This document shows positions 8,843-17,965 of a stretch of 43,709 nucleotides of DNA, piece after piece. Under the pieces are notes generated by a model, which worked only from the letters and a program-made list of their open reading frames with translations, did not search any database and was not told the origin of the DNA. The position numbers and the translations under genes were made by a program. Origin of the DNA: Vectrevirus T147P1; sequence record OZ035797.1. One strand, given 5' to 3'. The stretch's first letter is position 1, and each line of letters opens with the position of its first letter.

Positions 8843-9064
8843 ATGTATGCCGTGGTTAATTACTTATTGAATGAGGGATTAACTATGACATTAAACAACC
8901 GTGAACTATCCGTTCTCTTCACTCTGTTGTGCTACATGATTCGTAACAACGAATTACTTACAGATGATGAGTTAGCCTTGTATCACCGCTTTCTTAACGA
9001 AGGTTGGACCGATACAGTTAATCAATACCGTAACATGATAGATGAGTTGAGGGAGGGTAAATAA
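8843..9064 (+). CDS. hypothetical early protein (start may be ATG 8885)
   Basis: 73-aa ORF; internal ATG at 8885 has a better SD (GAGGGA); first ORF after the early promoter. Confidence 0.5.
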   Translation: MYAVVNYLLNEGLTMTLNNRELSVLFTLLCYMIRNNELLTDDELALYHRFLNEGWTDTVNQYRNMIDELREGK

Positions 9065-9288
9065 TGTATCAACATGAGGTATTCTTTGAATCAGCTAGCG
9101 AAGCTATTCGCTTCCGTGATGATATGATGCAAGCTGGTGTAGGCGTTGATGTGTATCACTATTTGATAGATTACGACACTGAATATCACCGAGTTACCTT
9201 AGTATCTGAGTATGACAACCAAGTCATTACTGAGTACCTAGGCAGTGAAGATTACGATTACGATGAAGTAATCACGACAAATCTCTAA
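9064..9288 (+). CDS. hypothetical acidic early protein
   Basis: 74-aa ORF overlapping the previous stop (TAATG); acidic, Tyr/Asp-rich C-terminus. Confidence 0.5.
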   Translation: MYQHEVFFESASEAIRFRDDMMQAGVGVDVYHYLIDYDTEYHRVTLVSEYDNQVITEYLGSEDYDYDEVITTNL

Positions 9289-9296
9289 ATTAACTG

Positions 9297-9325
9297 TTGA
9301 CAGCCACGGCATACAAGGTTACATT
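9297..9325 (+). promoter_or_regulatory. host sigma70-like early promoter candidate
   Basis: TTGACA, 17-nt spacer, TACATT. Confidence 0.5.
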
Positions 9326-9406
9326 AAGCACATAGCCGATAGGCAACGCTCTTTAACAATACGGTTTGTGTCTTGATAGGCTAACTAACTAACTAAGGTA
9401 ATTATC

Positions 9407-9517
9407 ATGAAAGGTTTAATTTGTGTAGAACGTATGGTCAATGGTAAACTTGAAATATTACCACTGGAAAACCAATCTAGCTTCAAAGAGTGGTATGGCT
9501 GTTTCTCACTGATTTAA
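9407..9517 (+). CDS. hypothetical small early ORF (36 aa)
   Basis: ATG after CTAACTAACTAACTAAGG; follows the conserved GCTCTTTAACAAT leader element. Confidence 0.3.
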   Translation: MKGLICVERMVNGKLEILPLENQSSFKEWYGCFSLI

Positions 9518-9666
9518 GGTAAAGGCTGGCACTAGTCAGCCTATCAAGGCGCAAACCAAGCTCTTTAACAATTTGGATGGTAGCTTCTTAGTCTGGATAG
9601 GTTAAACCTAGGGTATTCTTTTGAGTACCCTATAATGTAACCTAACTAACTAATGAGGATTAAATC

Positions 9667-9999
9667 ATGGAACGCAATGCTAACGCTTACTACAACCTTC
9701 TGGCTGCAACTGTTGAAGCATTCAACGAGCGTATTCAGTTTGATGAGATTCGCGAAGGTGATGATTACTCTGATGCACTACATGAGGTTGTAGACAGCAA
9801 TGTTCCAGTTTATTACAGCGAAATCTTTACAGTGATGGCTGCTGATGGTATTGATGTTGATTTTGAGGATGCTGGTTTGATTCCTGACACGAAGGATGTA
9901 ACCAAGATTCTACAAGCTCGCATCTATGAAGCTCTTTATAATGATGTACCAAATGACAGCGATGTAGTTTGGTGTGAAGGCGAAGAAGAGGAAGAATAA
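9667..9999 (+). CDS. ocr: Ocr (gp0.3) DNA-mimic anti-restriction protein
   Basis: 110 aa, acidic; DEIREGDDYSDALHEVVDSNVPVYYSEIFTVMAADGIDVDFEDAGLIPDTKDVTKILQARIYE aligns closely to T7 Ocr as recalled; poly-Glu C-terminus. Confidence 0.9.
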   Translation: MERNANAYYNLLAATVEAFNERIQFDEIREGDDYSDALHEVVDSNVPVYYSEIFTVMAADGIDVDFEDAGLIPDTKDVTKILQARIYEALYNDVPNDSDVVWCEGEEEEE

Positions 10000-10001
10000 G
10001 G

Positions 10002-10115
10002 ATGGAAAAGCAATATAACTTTATCTTTTCAGACGGTGTAACCCTGAAGTGTTCCCTACGATTCGCACAAATTCGTGAGGAAGTACTAGGCACTACATAC
10101 AAACTATTTAGCTGA
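10002..10115 (+). CDS. small early protein, possibly gp0.4-like
   Basis: 37-aa ORF after AAGGA, directly downstream of ocr as T7 gene 0.4 is; weak similarity (SDxV...SL..AQ..E). Confidence 0.3.
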   Translation: MEKQYNFIFSDGVTLKCSLRFAQIREEVLGTTYKLFS

Positions 10116-10191
10116 CACTATAAGAGAAGGCTTAACAAGGCGTTACTAAGGTAGCGCCTGATTAAACTTTCACTTACTAGAGGTTAAGATT

Positions 10192-10317
10192 ATGAAACTA
10201 TCGCCATCCGCTAAAGGTCTTATTGCAGAACTTAAAGACTCTTTGAGGAATCCAATCATTTGGGCACTTATCTACATACCTTATGGTATCTACCTATTTC
10301 ACCTCATCACTGAGTAA
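10192..10317 (+). CDS. small membrane peptide (41 aa)
   Basis: ATG after AGAGG; hydrophobic C-terminal half IIWALIYIPYGIYLFHLI. Confidence 0.3.
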   Translation: MKLSPSAKGLIAELKDSLRNPIIWALIYIPYGIYLFHLITE

Positions 10318-10380
10318 ATAGCCTATAGCCTACCTGAGTGGGCTATGTGATATTTACTTACACTATATAAGGTGACTATT

Positions 10381-11304
10381 ATGACTACTGAAAACATCCT
10401 CCTGTCTGTCCGTGAAGCTGCAACTGCTGAGATTAAGCAGCATTTGGATAATATCGGCACTTCTTACATCAAAGTTGGCGCTTGTCTGAATGAATTACGC
10501 GGTGATTTCGAAGGTCAAAAAGACTTTTTAGCTTATGTAGAATCAGAGTTCGGCATCAAGAAAGCACAATGCTACAAGCTGATGAGTGTAGCCCGTGTCT
10601 TTGAAGGAGACGAACGCTTTAAAGGTGTGGCTATGCGTGTAATGCTGGCGCTTGTTCCTTTCGCTGATGAAAATATAATCATGGAGAAGGCCGCAGAACT
10701 CGCCGCAGAGGGCAAGCTGGACACTAACGCCGTAAACGCTCTGATTGATCCTAAGAAAGAGACAAAGGCTGAGACGGTACAATCTAAGGCTGAGACAGTA
10801 AAACCGCAGGAGAACGCGACTGAGGCCGCAGAAACTATGCAAGGACATGCAACCTTTGAGGATTTCATCTTAGAGAAGGCGAAAGAGGATTTACAAAGTG
10901 TGCCGCCAGTAAGTGAGTCGGGTAACGACGAATCCGCACCGTGGGAAGAGGAAAGCAAACCGGAAGAGCCAAAGGCAGCTCCGATGGATAACACGGCTAA
11001 TACTGAGAATGCCGCTATTGCTGGTCTGCTGGCACAAATTAAAGCACTGACTGAGCAATTACAGGCAGCCAATGACCGCATCGCCTCCTTAAGTAGCGCA
11101 CGCGAAAGCAAGAAGGCAGCCGCGCCTATGCTGCCGCAATTCAAATCTTCCTGCTTCTATGCTCGCTTAGGTTTAAGCGCTGAGGAGGCAACGAAGAAAA
11201 CAGCAGTTAACAAGGCACGCCGCGAACTGGTTAAGCTAGGCTACGGCGAAGGCCATGAAGCATGGCCCTTAATCTCTGAGGCAGTAGAAGAATTAACTAA
11301 GTAA
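10381..11304 (+). CDS. early protein of unknown function (non-kinase occupant of the T7 0.7 position)
   Basis: ATG at 10381 after AAGGTG; 307 aa; helical N-domain, acidic low-complexity linker with repeated KAETV, C-terminal FYARLGLSAEEATKK...ARREL segment; no protein-kinase motifs. Confidence 0.6.
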   Translation: MTTENILLSVREAATAEIKQHLDNIGTSYIKVGACLNELRGDFEGQKDFLAYVESEFGIKKAQCYKLMSVARVFEGDERFKGVAMRVMLALVPFADENIIMEKAAELAAEGKLDTNAVNALIDPKKETKAETVQSKAETVKPQENATEAAETMQGHATFEDFILEKAKEDLQSVPPVSESGNDESAPWEEESKPEEPKAAPMDNTANTENAAIAGLLAQIKALTEQLQAANDRIASLSSARESKKAAAPMLPQFKSSCFYARLGLSAEEATKKTAVNKARRELVKLGYGEGHEAWPLISEAVEELTK

Positions 11305-11367
11305 CCTTATCGGTGGCATCTTCTTAGGTGTCACCTATTAAGGTTTCTTTCACTAGGAGTAAACAAG

Positions 11368-13995
11368 ATGCAAGACCTACACGCTATTCAACTTCAACTT
11401 GAAGAAGAAATGTTTAACGGCGGTATCCGTCGCTTTGAAGCGGACCAACAACGCCAGATTGCATCCGGTAATGAATCAGACACGGCATGGAATCGCCGCT
11501 TATTGTCCGAGTTAATCGCGCCAATGGCTGAAGGTATTCAGGCTTATAAGGAAGAGTACGAAGGCAAGCGCGGTCGTGCACCACGTGCATTGGCTTTCAT
11601 TAACTGCGTAGAAAATGAAGTGGCAGCGTATATCACGATGAAGATCGTAATGGATATGCTTAACACTGATGTAACCTTGCAAGCTATCGCTATGAATGTA
11701 GCTGACCGCATCGAAGACCAAGTGCGCTTCAGTAAACTAGAAGGCCATGCAGCTAAATATTTTGAGAAGGTCAAGAAGTCACTTAAGGCAAGTAAGACTA
11801 AATCATATCGCCATGCGCACAACGTAGCGGTCGTGGCTGAGAAGTCAGTAGCTGACCGTGACGCTGATTTCTCTCGCTGGGAAGCGTGGCCTAAAGATAC
11901 CTTGCTACAAATTGGGATGACCTTGCTTGAAATCTTAGAGAATAGCGTATTCTTCAACGGGCAACCTGTCTTCCTCCGCACCTTGCGCACTAATGGCGGC
12001 AAACATGGTGTTTACTACCTACAGACTAGCGAACACGTGGGTGAATGGATAACTGCATTTAAAGAGCACGTAGCTCAGCTGAGTCCAGCCTATGCGCCTT
12101 GCGTGATTCCTCCTCGTCCGTGGGTGTCACCTTTTAATGGCGGTTTTCACACGGAGAAGGTGGCAAGCCGTATTCGTCTGGTTAAAGGTAACCGCGAGCA
12201 CGTCCGCAAGCTGACCAAAAAGCAAATGCCAGCGGTTTACAAGGCTGTTAACGCCTTACAAGCTACTAAGTGGCAGGTTAACAAGGAAGTATTGCAGGTA
12301 GTAGAAGATGTTATTCGTCTAGACCTCGGTTATGGTGTACCTTCCTTTAAGCCGCTCATTGACCGCGAGAACAAACCAGCTAACCCTGTTCCTCTTGAGT
12401 TCCAGCACCTGCGAGGCCGTGAACTTAAAGAGATGCTAACGCCGGAACAATGGCAAGCCTTTATAAACTGGAAAGGAGAATGTACCAAGCTGTATACCGC
12501 TGAAACTAAGCGCGGAAGCAAGTCGGCGGCGACCGTTCGCATGGTTGGACAAGCCCGTAAATACAGCCAGTTTGACGCAATTTATTTTGTGTATGCACTG
12601 GACAGCCGTTCACGCGTTTATGCGCAATCTAGCACGCTCTCGCCGCAATCAAACGACTTAGGCAAGGCATTGCTCCGTTTTACCGAAGGGCAGCGTCTTG
12701 ATAGCACTGAGGCGCTTAAGTGGTTTTTGGTGAACGGGGCGAATAACTGGGGTTGGGATAAGAAAACTTTTGACGTGCGCACCGCTAACGTGCTGGATAG
12801 CGAATTTCAAGACATGTGCCGCGACATTGCAGCCGACCCGCTGACCTTCACTCAATGGGTAAATGCTGATTCCCCTTATGGCTTCCTTGCATGGTGCTTT
12901 GAATATGCGCGTTATCTGGATGCACTGGACGAAGGAACGCAAGACCAATTCATGACGCACCTACCCGTCCATCAAGATGGTAGTTGCTCTGGTATCCAGC
13001 ACTATAGCGCGATGTTACGAGATGAAGTAGGTGCGAAAGCAGTAAACCTTAAGCCTTCTGACTCCCCTCAAGATATTTATGGCGCGGTTGCGCAGGTTGT
13101 TATCCAGAAGAATTACGCCTACATGAATGCAGACGACGCAGTGACTTTCACATCCGGAAGCGTCACACTTACAGGTGCAGAACTGCGTAGCATGGCTAGT
13201 GCGTGGGATATGATAGGAATCACTCGCGGATTGACCAAAAAGCCCGTAATGACACTACCTTATGGCAGCACACGTCTAACCTGCCGTGAATCAGTGATTG
13301 ATTATATCGTTGATTTAGAAGAAAAAGAGGCCCAACGGGCTATTGCGGAAGGGCGTACCGCCAATCCTGTACACCCTTTTGATAATGACCGTAAAGACAG
13401 CCTGACACCTAGCGCAGCTTATAACTATATGACAGCTTTAATCTGGCCTTCTATTTCGGAAGTGGTTAAAGCTCCTATAGTGGCAATGAAAATGATTCGT
13501 CAGCTTGCCCGTTTCGCAGCTAAAAGGAATGAAGGCTTAGAGTATACCCTGCCTACTGGCTTCATCTTGCAACAAAAGATTATGGCTACTGATATGCTCC
13601 GCGTATCTACTTGCTTGATGGGAGAAATCAAGATGAGTCTACAGATTGAAACGGACGTAGTAGATGAAACGGCAATGATGGGCGCTGCTGCTCCTAACTT
13701 TGTGCATGGTCATGATGCCAGTCACCTTATCTTAACGGTCTGCGACCTTGTTGATAAAGGGATTACATCTATCGCAGTAATTCATGATTCTTTTGGCACT
13801 CATGCAGGCCGTACAGCCGATCTACGCAACAGCTTAAGGGCAGAAATGGTGAAAATGTACCAAGGCCGTAATGCACTGCAAAGCCTGCTAGATGAGCACG
13901 AAGAACGCTGGTTAGTTGATACAGGAATCCAAGTACCAGAGCAAGGGGAGTTTGACCTTAACGAAATCTTAGTTTCAGACTATTGCTTCGCATAA
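11368..13995 (+). CDS. single-subunit DNA-directed RNA polymerase (T7 gene 1 / SP6 RNAP family)
   Basis: 875 aa; [25 protein letters not shown]-terminal SDYCFA; [18 protein letters not shown] matches the T7 RNAP segment AINIAQNTAWKINKKVL. Confidence 0.95.
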   Translation: MQDLHAIQLQLEEEMFNGGIRRFEADQQRQIASGNESDTAWNRRLLSELIAPMAEGIQAYKEEYEGKRGRAPRALAFINCVENEVAAYITMKIVMDMLNTDVTLQAIAMNVADRIEDQVRFSKLEGHAAKYFEKVKKSLKASKTKSYRHAHNVAVVAEKSVADRDADFSRWEAWPKDTLLQIGMTLLEILENSVFFNGQPVFLRTLRTNGGKHGVYYLQTSEHVGEWITAFKEHVAQLSPAYAPCVIPPRPWVSPFNGGFHTEKVASRIRLVKGNREHVRKLTKKQMPAVYKAVNALQATKWQVNKEVLQVVEDVIRLDLGYGVPSFKPLIDRENKPANPVPLEFQHLRGRELKEMLTPEQWQAFINWKGECTKLYTAETKRGSKSAATVRMVGQARKYSQFDAIYFVYALDSRSRVYAQSSTLSPQSNDLGKALLRFTEGQRLDSTEALKWFLVNGANNWGWDKKTFDVRTANVLDSEFQDMCRDIAADPLTFTQWVNADSPYGFLAWCFEYARYLDALDEGTQDQFMTHLPVHQDGSCSGIQHYSAMLRDEVGAKAVNLKPSDSPQDIYGAVAQVVIQKNYAYMNADDAVTFTSGSVTLTGAELRSMASAWDMIGITRGLTKKPVMTLPYGSTRLTCRESVIDYIVDLEEKEAQRAIAEGRTANPVHPFDNDRKDSLTPSAAYNYMTALIWPSISEVVKAPIVAMKMIRQLARFAAKRNEGLEYTLPTGFILQQKIMATDMLRVSTCLMGEIKMSLQIETDVVDETAMMGAAAPNFVHGHDASHLILTVCDLVDKGITSIAVIHDSFGTHAGRTADLRNSLRAEMVKMYQGRNALQSLLDEHEERWLVDTGIQVPEQGEFDLNEILVSDYCFA

Positions 13996-14002
13996 TATTA
14001 AT

Positions 14003-14034
14003 AGGCCATTCCTTCGGGAGTGGCCTTTCTTTTA
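14003..14034 (+). terminator. early intrinsic terminator after the RNAP gene (TE-like)
   Basis: GGCCATTCC-TTCG-GGAGTGGCC hairpin with UUCG loop followed by TTTCTTTT. Confidence 0.6.
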
Positions 14035-14068
14035 CCTACTACCTGTAACATTTCATTAACATAAACGT

Positions 14069-14084
14069 GTCTCACACGTGAGAC
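14069..14084. repeat. palindromic hairpin element (family copy A)
   Basis: GTCTCACACGTGAGAC, immediately upstream of the promoter at 14087. Confidence 0.6.
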
Positions 14085-14086
14085 TT

Positions 14087-14109
14087 ATTTACCGGACACT
14101 ATAGGATAA
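14087..14109 (+). promoter_or_regulatory. phage RNAP promoter (phi1.1A-like)
   Basis: ATTTACCGGACACTATAGGAT. Confidence 0.65.
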
Positions 14110-14248
14110 CCGTCGGAGACGGAAAGAGAAGGGAAGATAAGGATATAAAGGAAGTAATAGGTATTAAAGGTTATATAGGTTTACCTAGGAATACCTATTA
14201 CCTTCTTCCTTCCTCTTATTACTACTTAGAGAAGGTCAGACCTAAGTT
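14110..14248. other. candidate primary origin of replication (AT-rich inverted repeat between tandem phage promoters)
   Basis: AT-rich; inverted repeat GGAAGTAATAGGTATT ... AATACCTATTACCTTC flanking GGTTATATAGGTTTACCTAGG; position matches the T7 primary origin between phi1.1A and phi1.1B. Confidence 0.35.
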
Positions 14249-14264
14249 GTCTCACATGTGAGAC
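14249..14264. repeat. palindromic hairpin element (family copy B)
   Basis: GTCTCACATGTGAGAC perfect palindrome, immediately upstream of the promoter at 14270. Confidence 0.6.
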
Positions 14265-14269
14265 TTCGT

Positions 14270-14290
14270 ATTTACCGGACAGTATAGATA
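14270..14290 (+). promoter_or_regulatory. phage RNAP promoter variant (phi1.1B-like)
   Basis: ATTTACCGGACAGTATAGATA; C to G change in the conserved CACTATA core. Confidence 0.45.
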
Positions 14291-14317
14291 AGACTAACTT
14301 ACTTTGGAGATTTAACC

Positions 14318-14446
14318 ATGCGTAACTTTGAGAAGATGACCCGTAAAGCTAACCGTTTTGACATGGAAGAAGGGCAGACGAAAGGCAAGAAGCTGAATAA
14401 ACCTGTCCGTGACCGTGCATCTAAACGCGCAGCATGGGAGTTCTGA
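14318..14446 (+). CDS. gp1.1-like small basic protein
   Basis: 42 aa after GGAG; MRNFEKMTRKANR...KGKKLNK..RDRA.KR resembles T7 gp1.1 as recalled. Confidence 0.55.
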   Translation: MRNFEKMTRKANRFDMEEGQTKGKKLNKPVRDRASKRAAWEF

Positions 14447-14449
14447 GTT

Positions 14450-14668
14450 ATGGCTAAATACAGAATCAAGACCTGTTTAAATAGTCACGGGCAAGAGTTC
14501 TACGTAGTGCAACGTAAAGTATTAGGCTTAATATGGGTCACTTGTATGATGCCTATTGGCTATACTGATACAGAGGCTATCTTCTGCACCGAAAGGGATG
14601 CAAAGAAGTTTATCTCTAAGCGTAGAAAAGCTGACTCTTACCAACCTAGAATTATTAAGGTGAACTAA
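14450..14668 (+). CDS. hypothetical protein
   Basis: 72-aa ORF between the gp1.1-like gene and primase/helicase; 4-nt spacing upstream, overlapping stop/start downstream. Confidence 0.5.
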   Translation: MAKYRIKTCLNSHGQEFYVVQRKVLGLIWVTCMMPIGYTDTEAIFCTERDAKKFISKRRKADSYQPRIIKVN

Positions 14669-16656
14669 TGGCTATTATTAATAACATCCCGTGCCCTGCC
14701 TGTCAAAAGAATGGACATGATATTACTGGCAACCATCTTATGATATTTGAGGATGGCGCTGGTTACTGTAACCGTGGTCACTTCCATGATAATGGTAAGC
14801 CTTATTACCATAAGCCAGAGGGTGGTATCGAGATAACCGAATTGCCTATTACTGGCAATATCAAATATACACCTTCTCAATTCAAAGAAATGGAGAAGGA
14901 AGGGAAGATAAGCGACCCTAAGCTACGCGCCATCGCTCTTGGTGGTATGCGTATGAAAGACCGTTGGGAGGTCATGAATGAGCAAGAAAGGGCAGACCAA
15001 GAAGCAGAGTGGAAACTTGATGTTGAATGGTTCCTCACGCTTAAGCGTAAGAACCTTGTTTCCAGACACATTCGCGGCGACATTTGCGCATTGTATGATG
15101 TACGTGTCGGACACGATGAAGAGGGTAGAGTCTCGCGGCATTACTATCCACGCTTCGAGAAAGGTGAGCTAGTAGGAGCTAAGTGTCGCACATTACCTAA
15201 AGATTTTAAGTTTGGTCATTTAGGTAAACTCTTTGGTATGCAAGATCTTTTCGGTATGAATACTTTGTCTCACGTGTTAGACAAGGGGAGACGAAAGGAT
15301 TGCTTGCTTATTGTAGGCGGTGAACTTGATGCACTAGCAGCGCAGCAGATGCTCCTTGATTCTGCCAAGGGTACTAAGTGGGAGGGTCAGCCATACCATG
15401 TATGGTCTGTCAACAAAGGTGAGTCTTGCCTTGAAGAGATAGTGCAGAACCGTGAGCATATCGCCCAATTCAAGAAGATTATATGGGGTTTTGATGGAGA
15501 TGAGGTAGGGCAGAAGCAGAATCAGCAAGCGGCTCGCCTGTTTCCTGGCAAATCCTATATCCTTGAATACCCCTCTGGTTGCAAAGATGCTAACAAGGCA
15601 TTGATGGCTGGCAAGGCTAAAGAATTTGTAGATGCATGGTTTAATGCCAAGTCATCTGATGAAGTCTTTGGTAGCCAGATTAAATCTATCGCATCTCAAA
15701 GGGATAAGCTCAAGGCTGCACGTCCAGAGCAAGGACTATCATGGCCTTGGCCTAAGCTGAACAAGGTAACGCTAGGTATTCGTAAGAACCAGCTTATCAT
15801 TGTAGGTGCAGGGTCTGGTGTAGGTAAGACTGAGTTCCTTCGTGAAGTAGTTAAGCACCTCATTGAAGAACACGGTGAATCTGTAGGCATCATTTCTACA
15901 GAAGACCCGATGGTCAAGGTGTCCCGTGCTTTTATCGGCAAGTGGATTGATAAGCGTATTGAGTTACCGCCAACCAACGACCCGAAAGAAGACGGATACC
16001 GTGAGGTGTTCGACTACACCGAGGAAGAAGCTAACGCCGCCATTGATTATGTAGCTGATACAGGTAAGCTGTTTGTAGCTGACCTAGAGGGTGACTATTC
16101 GATGGAAAAGGTAGAGCAAACTTGCCTAGAGTTTGAGGCTATGGGCATTTCTAATATCATCATTGATAACTTAACGGGGATTAAATTAGATGAGCGTGCT
16201 TTTGGTGGGAAGGTTGGTGCACTTGATGAATGCGTCAAGCGGATTGGTACTATCAAAGACCGACACCCGGTTACTATATTCCTTGTATCACACCTTACAC
16301 GTCCTCCGGCAAACCGTACCCAACACGAAGAAGGTGGCGAGGTTATCCTTTCTGACTTCCGAGGCTCAGGCGCTATCGGATTCTGGGCATCTTACGCCTT
16401 GGGGATTGAGCGTAACACAAGAGCTGAAACGCTTGACGAAAGGACTACCACGTACATCTCATGTGTCAAAGACCGCGACCAAGGTATCTACACTGGAACC
16501 AAGGTCATGCTTAAGGGTGACATTCAAACCGGACGTTTAATGGAACCACAAGCCCGTACTAAGTCATTTGATACAGGTGAAGCAAGGCAACAAGAAGTAC
16601 CAGATTTACCGGACACTATAGAAGAGACTAACTTCGATGAAGAAAGTGAGTTCTGA
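14668..16656 (+). CDS. DNA primase/helicase (T7 gp4-like)
   Basis: 662 aa; N-terminal zinc ribbon CPACQ...CNRGH; Walker A GAGSGVGKTE; acidic C-terminus ending EESEF. Confidence 0.9.
   Translation: MAIINNIPCPACQKNGHDITGNHLMIFEDGAGYCNRGHFHDNGKPYYHKPEGGIEITELPITGNIKYTPSQFKEMEKEGKISDPKLRAIALGGMRMKDRWEVMNEQERADQEAEWKLDVEWFLTLKRKNLVSRHIRGDICALYDVRVGHDEEGRVSRHYYPRFEKGELVGAKCRTLPKDFKFGHLGKLFGMQDLFGMNTLSHVLDKGRRKDCLLIVGGELDALAAQQMLLDSAKGTKWEGQPYHVWSVNKGESCLEEIVQNREHIAQFKKIIWGFDGDEVGQKQNQQAARLFPGKSYILEYPSGCKDANKALMAGKAKEFVDAWFNAKSSDEVFGSQIKSIASQRDKLKAARPEQGLSWPWPKLNKVTLGIRKNQLIIVGAGSGVGKTEFLREVVKHLIEEHGESVGIISTEDPMVKVSRAFIGKWIDKRIELPPTNDPKEDGYREVFDYTEEEANAAIDYVADTGKLFVADLEGDYSMEKVEQTCLEFEAMGISNIIIDNLTGIKLDERAFGGKVGALDECVKRIGTIKDRHPVTIFLVSHLTRPPANRTQHEEGGEVILSDFRGSGAIGFWASYALGIERNTRAETLDERTTTYISCVKDRDQGIYTGTKVMLKGDIQTGRLMEPQARTKSFDTGEARQQEVPDLPDTIEETNFDEESEF
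16604..16626 (+). promoter_or_regulatory. phage RNAP promoter inside the 3' end of the helicase gene
   Basis: ATTTACCGGACACTATAGAAGAG. Confidence 0.6.
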
Positions 16657-16673
16657 TTAGTGTATTTATCAGG

Positions 16674-16697
16674 GCTTGTCTCACATGTGAGACAGGC
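16674..16697. repeat. palindromic hairpin element (family copy C)
   Basis: GCTTGTCTCACATGTGAGACAGGC; 18-bp perfect palindrome core plus flanking pairs, followed by TCTTATT. Confidence 0.6.
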
Positions 16698-16732
16698 TCT
16701 TATTAAGTACATTAAATAACTGGAGATTAACT

Positions 16733-17416
16733 ATGTGCAAATTAGTATTAAATGAAGGTGATAGGGTTCGTAATATTAATACACAATCTGAACGTAGAGG
16801 TTGGATTGGTTATGTAGGTGTCATTTCAGAGAACTATTATACTGTTATGTACACTAATGGTCATGCTCAAAGCTATCTTAAGCGATTAGCCCATAAATAT
16901 CTTGAGAAAATTGTAGAAGCAGACAACCAATGCAAGTGTATACATGATGAACTTTGTTATAAGTGTGCTCGCCAGATGCATAAGATGTCACTATTCCCTA
17001 CTCGCTATGGTGCTGGCATTCAAACCTTAGCAGAGGCATACGGCAAAGGTAAGACTACACTTAATAAAGATCGCCGCAATGTAATCACTGGTAAGACTCA
17101 AAGTGAAATGATTAAGCAATGTGGCACTGCACTAGGTGTTACGCAGTTTAACACTCGTGCTCTTGGTAAATCCACAGGACAAGCTATGGTAAAGATTGGC
17201 GAAGCCATGATGCATCCAAATGTACCTGTACGAATCATGGATGTTGACCATGCAATCACAGAACACGGTACGCAACGACGTGTAATTAATAAGCATTTTG
17301 CCGACACTATAGAAGGTATTATTCGTAAGCAAGGGTTGAAAGGTCTTCACATCTTGAATGATGAAGAGTTACTGTACCTCCCTATTGTTACTGAAGAAAC
17401 CTACGTGAATATCTAA
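16733..17416 (+). CDS. hypothetical protein
   Basis: 227-aa ORF after GGAGATTAACT; Cys cluster CKCIHDELCYKC; no recognised catalytic motif. Confidence 0.55.
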   Translation: MCKLVLNEGDRVRNINTQSERRGWIGYVGVISENYYTVMYTNGHAQSYLKRLAHKYLEKIVEADNQCKCIHDELCYKCARQMHKMSLFPTRYGAGIQTLAEAYGKGKTTLNKDRRNVITGKTQSEMIKQCGTALGVTQFNTRALGKSTGQAMVKIGEAMMHPNVPVRIMDVDHAITEHGTQRRVINKHFADTIEGIIRKQGLKGLHILNDEELLYLPIVTEETYVNI

Positions 17417-17426
17417 GGAGCTAATC

Positions 17427-17648
17427 ATGACTAAAGTTCTTATTTATATTGGATGGAATGGTTGCAAACACTACGCCATAGTAGCACCCAATGGTGTCAA
17501 AAGATATGGTGGTGAAAAGTGGATTGCGTTGATTGGTGCAAAGATGTGTGCTAGTTTCCAGATGACGCTTACAGGTCATCTGACTGAAAAGCAATTTCGT
17601 AAAGAGCATAAAGTCATTGGCAGCTTCATGGTGAAACATGCAGAATAA
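17427..17648 (+). CDS. hypothetical protein
   Basis: 73-aa ORF after TAAGGAG. Confidence 0.5.
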   Translation: MTKVLIYIGWNGCKHYAIVAPNGVKRYGGEKWIALIGAKMCASFQMTLTGHLTEKQFRKEHKVIGSFMVKHAE

Positions 17649-17820
17649 ACATAGTCTTAAAATGTTCGATGGTCATGAAGACCTGCAAGCCAAGATTACT
17701 AACCAAGCCTTCCTGTTTGCACAGTTAACCATGGCTGAAGCAAAGAAGAATAGCCTGACGCGTGAACAGGTTATCAAGGAAAGTGAAGTGAAACGTAAGA
17801 TTCGCAGTCGATAAGTCAAG

Positions 17821-17844
17821 GGTTGTCTCACACGTGAGACAGCC
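17821..17844. repeat. palindromic hairpin element (family copy D)
   Basis: GGTTGTCTCACACGTGAGACAGCC followed by TTTCAT. Confidence 0.6.
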
Positions 17845-17965
17845 TTTCATCATATTGATTGGAGGTGCATTATGCCACGTGATTATGATTCTGATTGGGA
17901 CTATTATGACTCAATGAATCCAAAACCCGAACGTTCAGATGATTACTACGAAACAGAGGCAATGT

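Noticed and set aside
9632-9637. TATAAT hexamer 30 nt upstream of ocr as a sigma70 promoter
   Set aside because: No acceptable -35 element or extended -10 at the right spacing; ocr is more likely transcribed from the upstream promoters at 8713 and 9297.
12985-13000. CACTATAG match inside the RNAP gene (CCAGCACTATAGCG)
   Set aside because: It encodes the conserved GIQHYSA segment and lacks the upstream ATTTAC(T/C)GGA half of the promoter, so it is a coincidental core match.
17427-17648. Apparent +1 frame discontinuity near 17520 when translating the printed sequence by hand
   Set aside because: The ORF track reports a continuous 73-aa ORF and downstream coordinates agree with the track, so this is most likely my own indexing slip; flagged only in case resequencing is ever considered.
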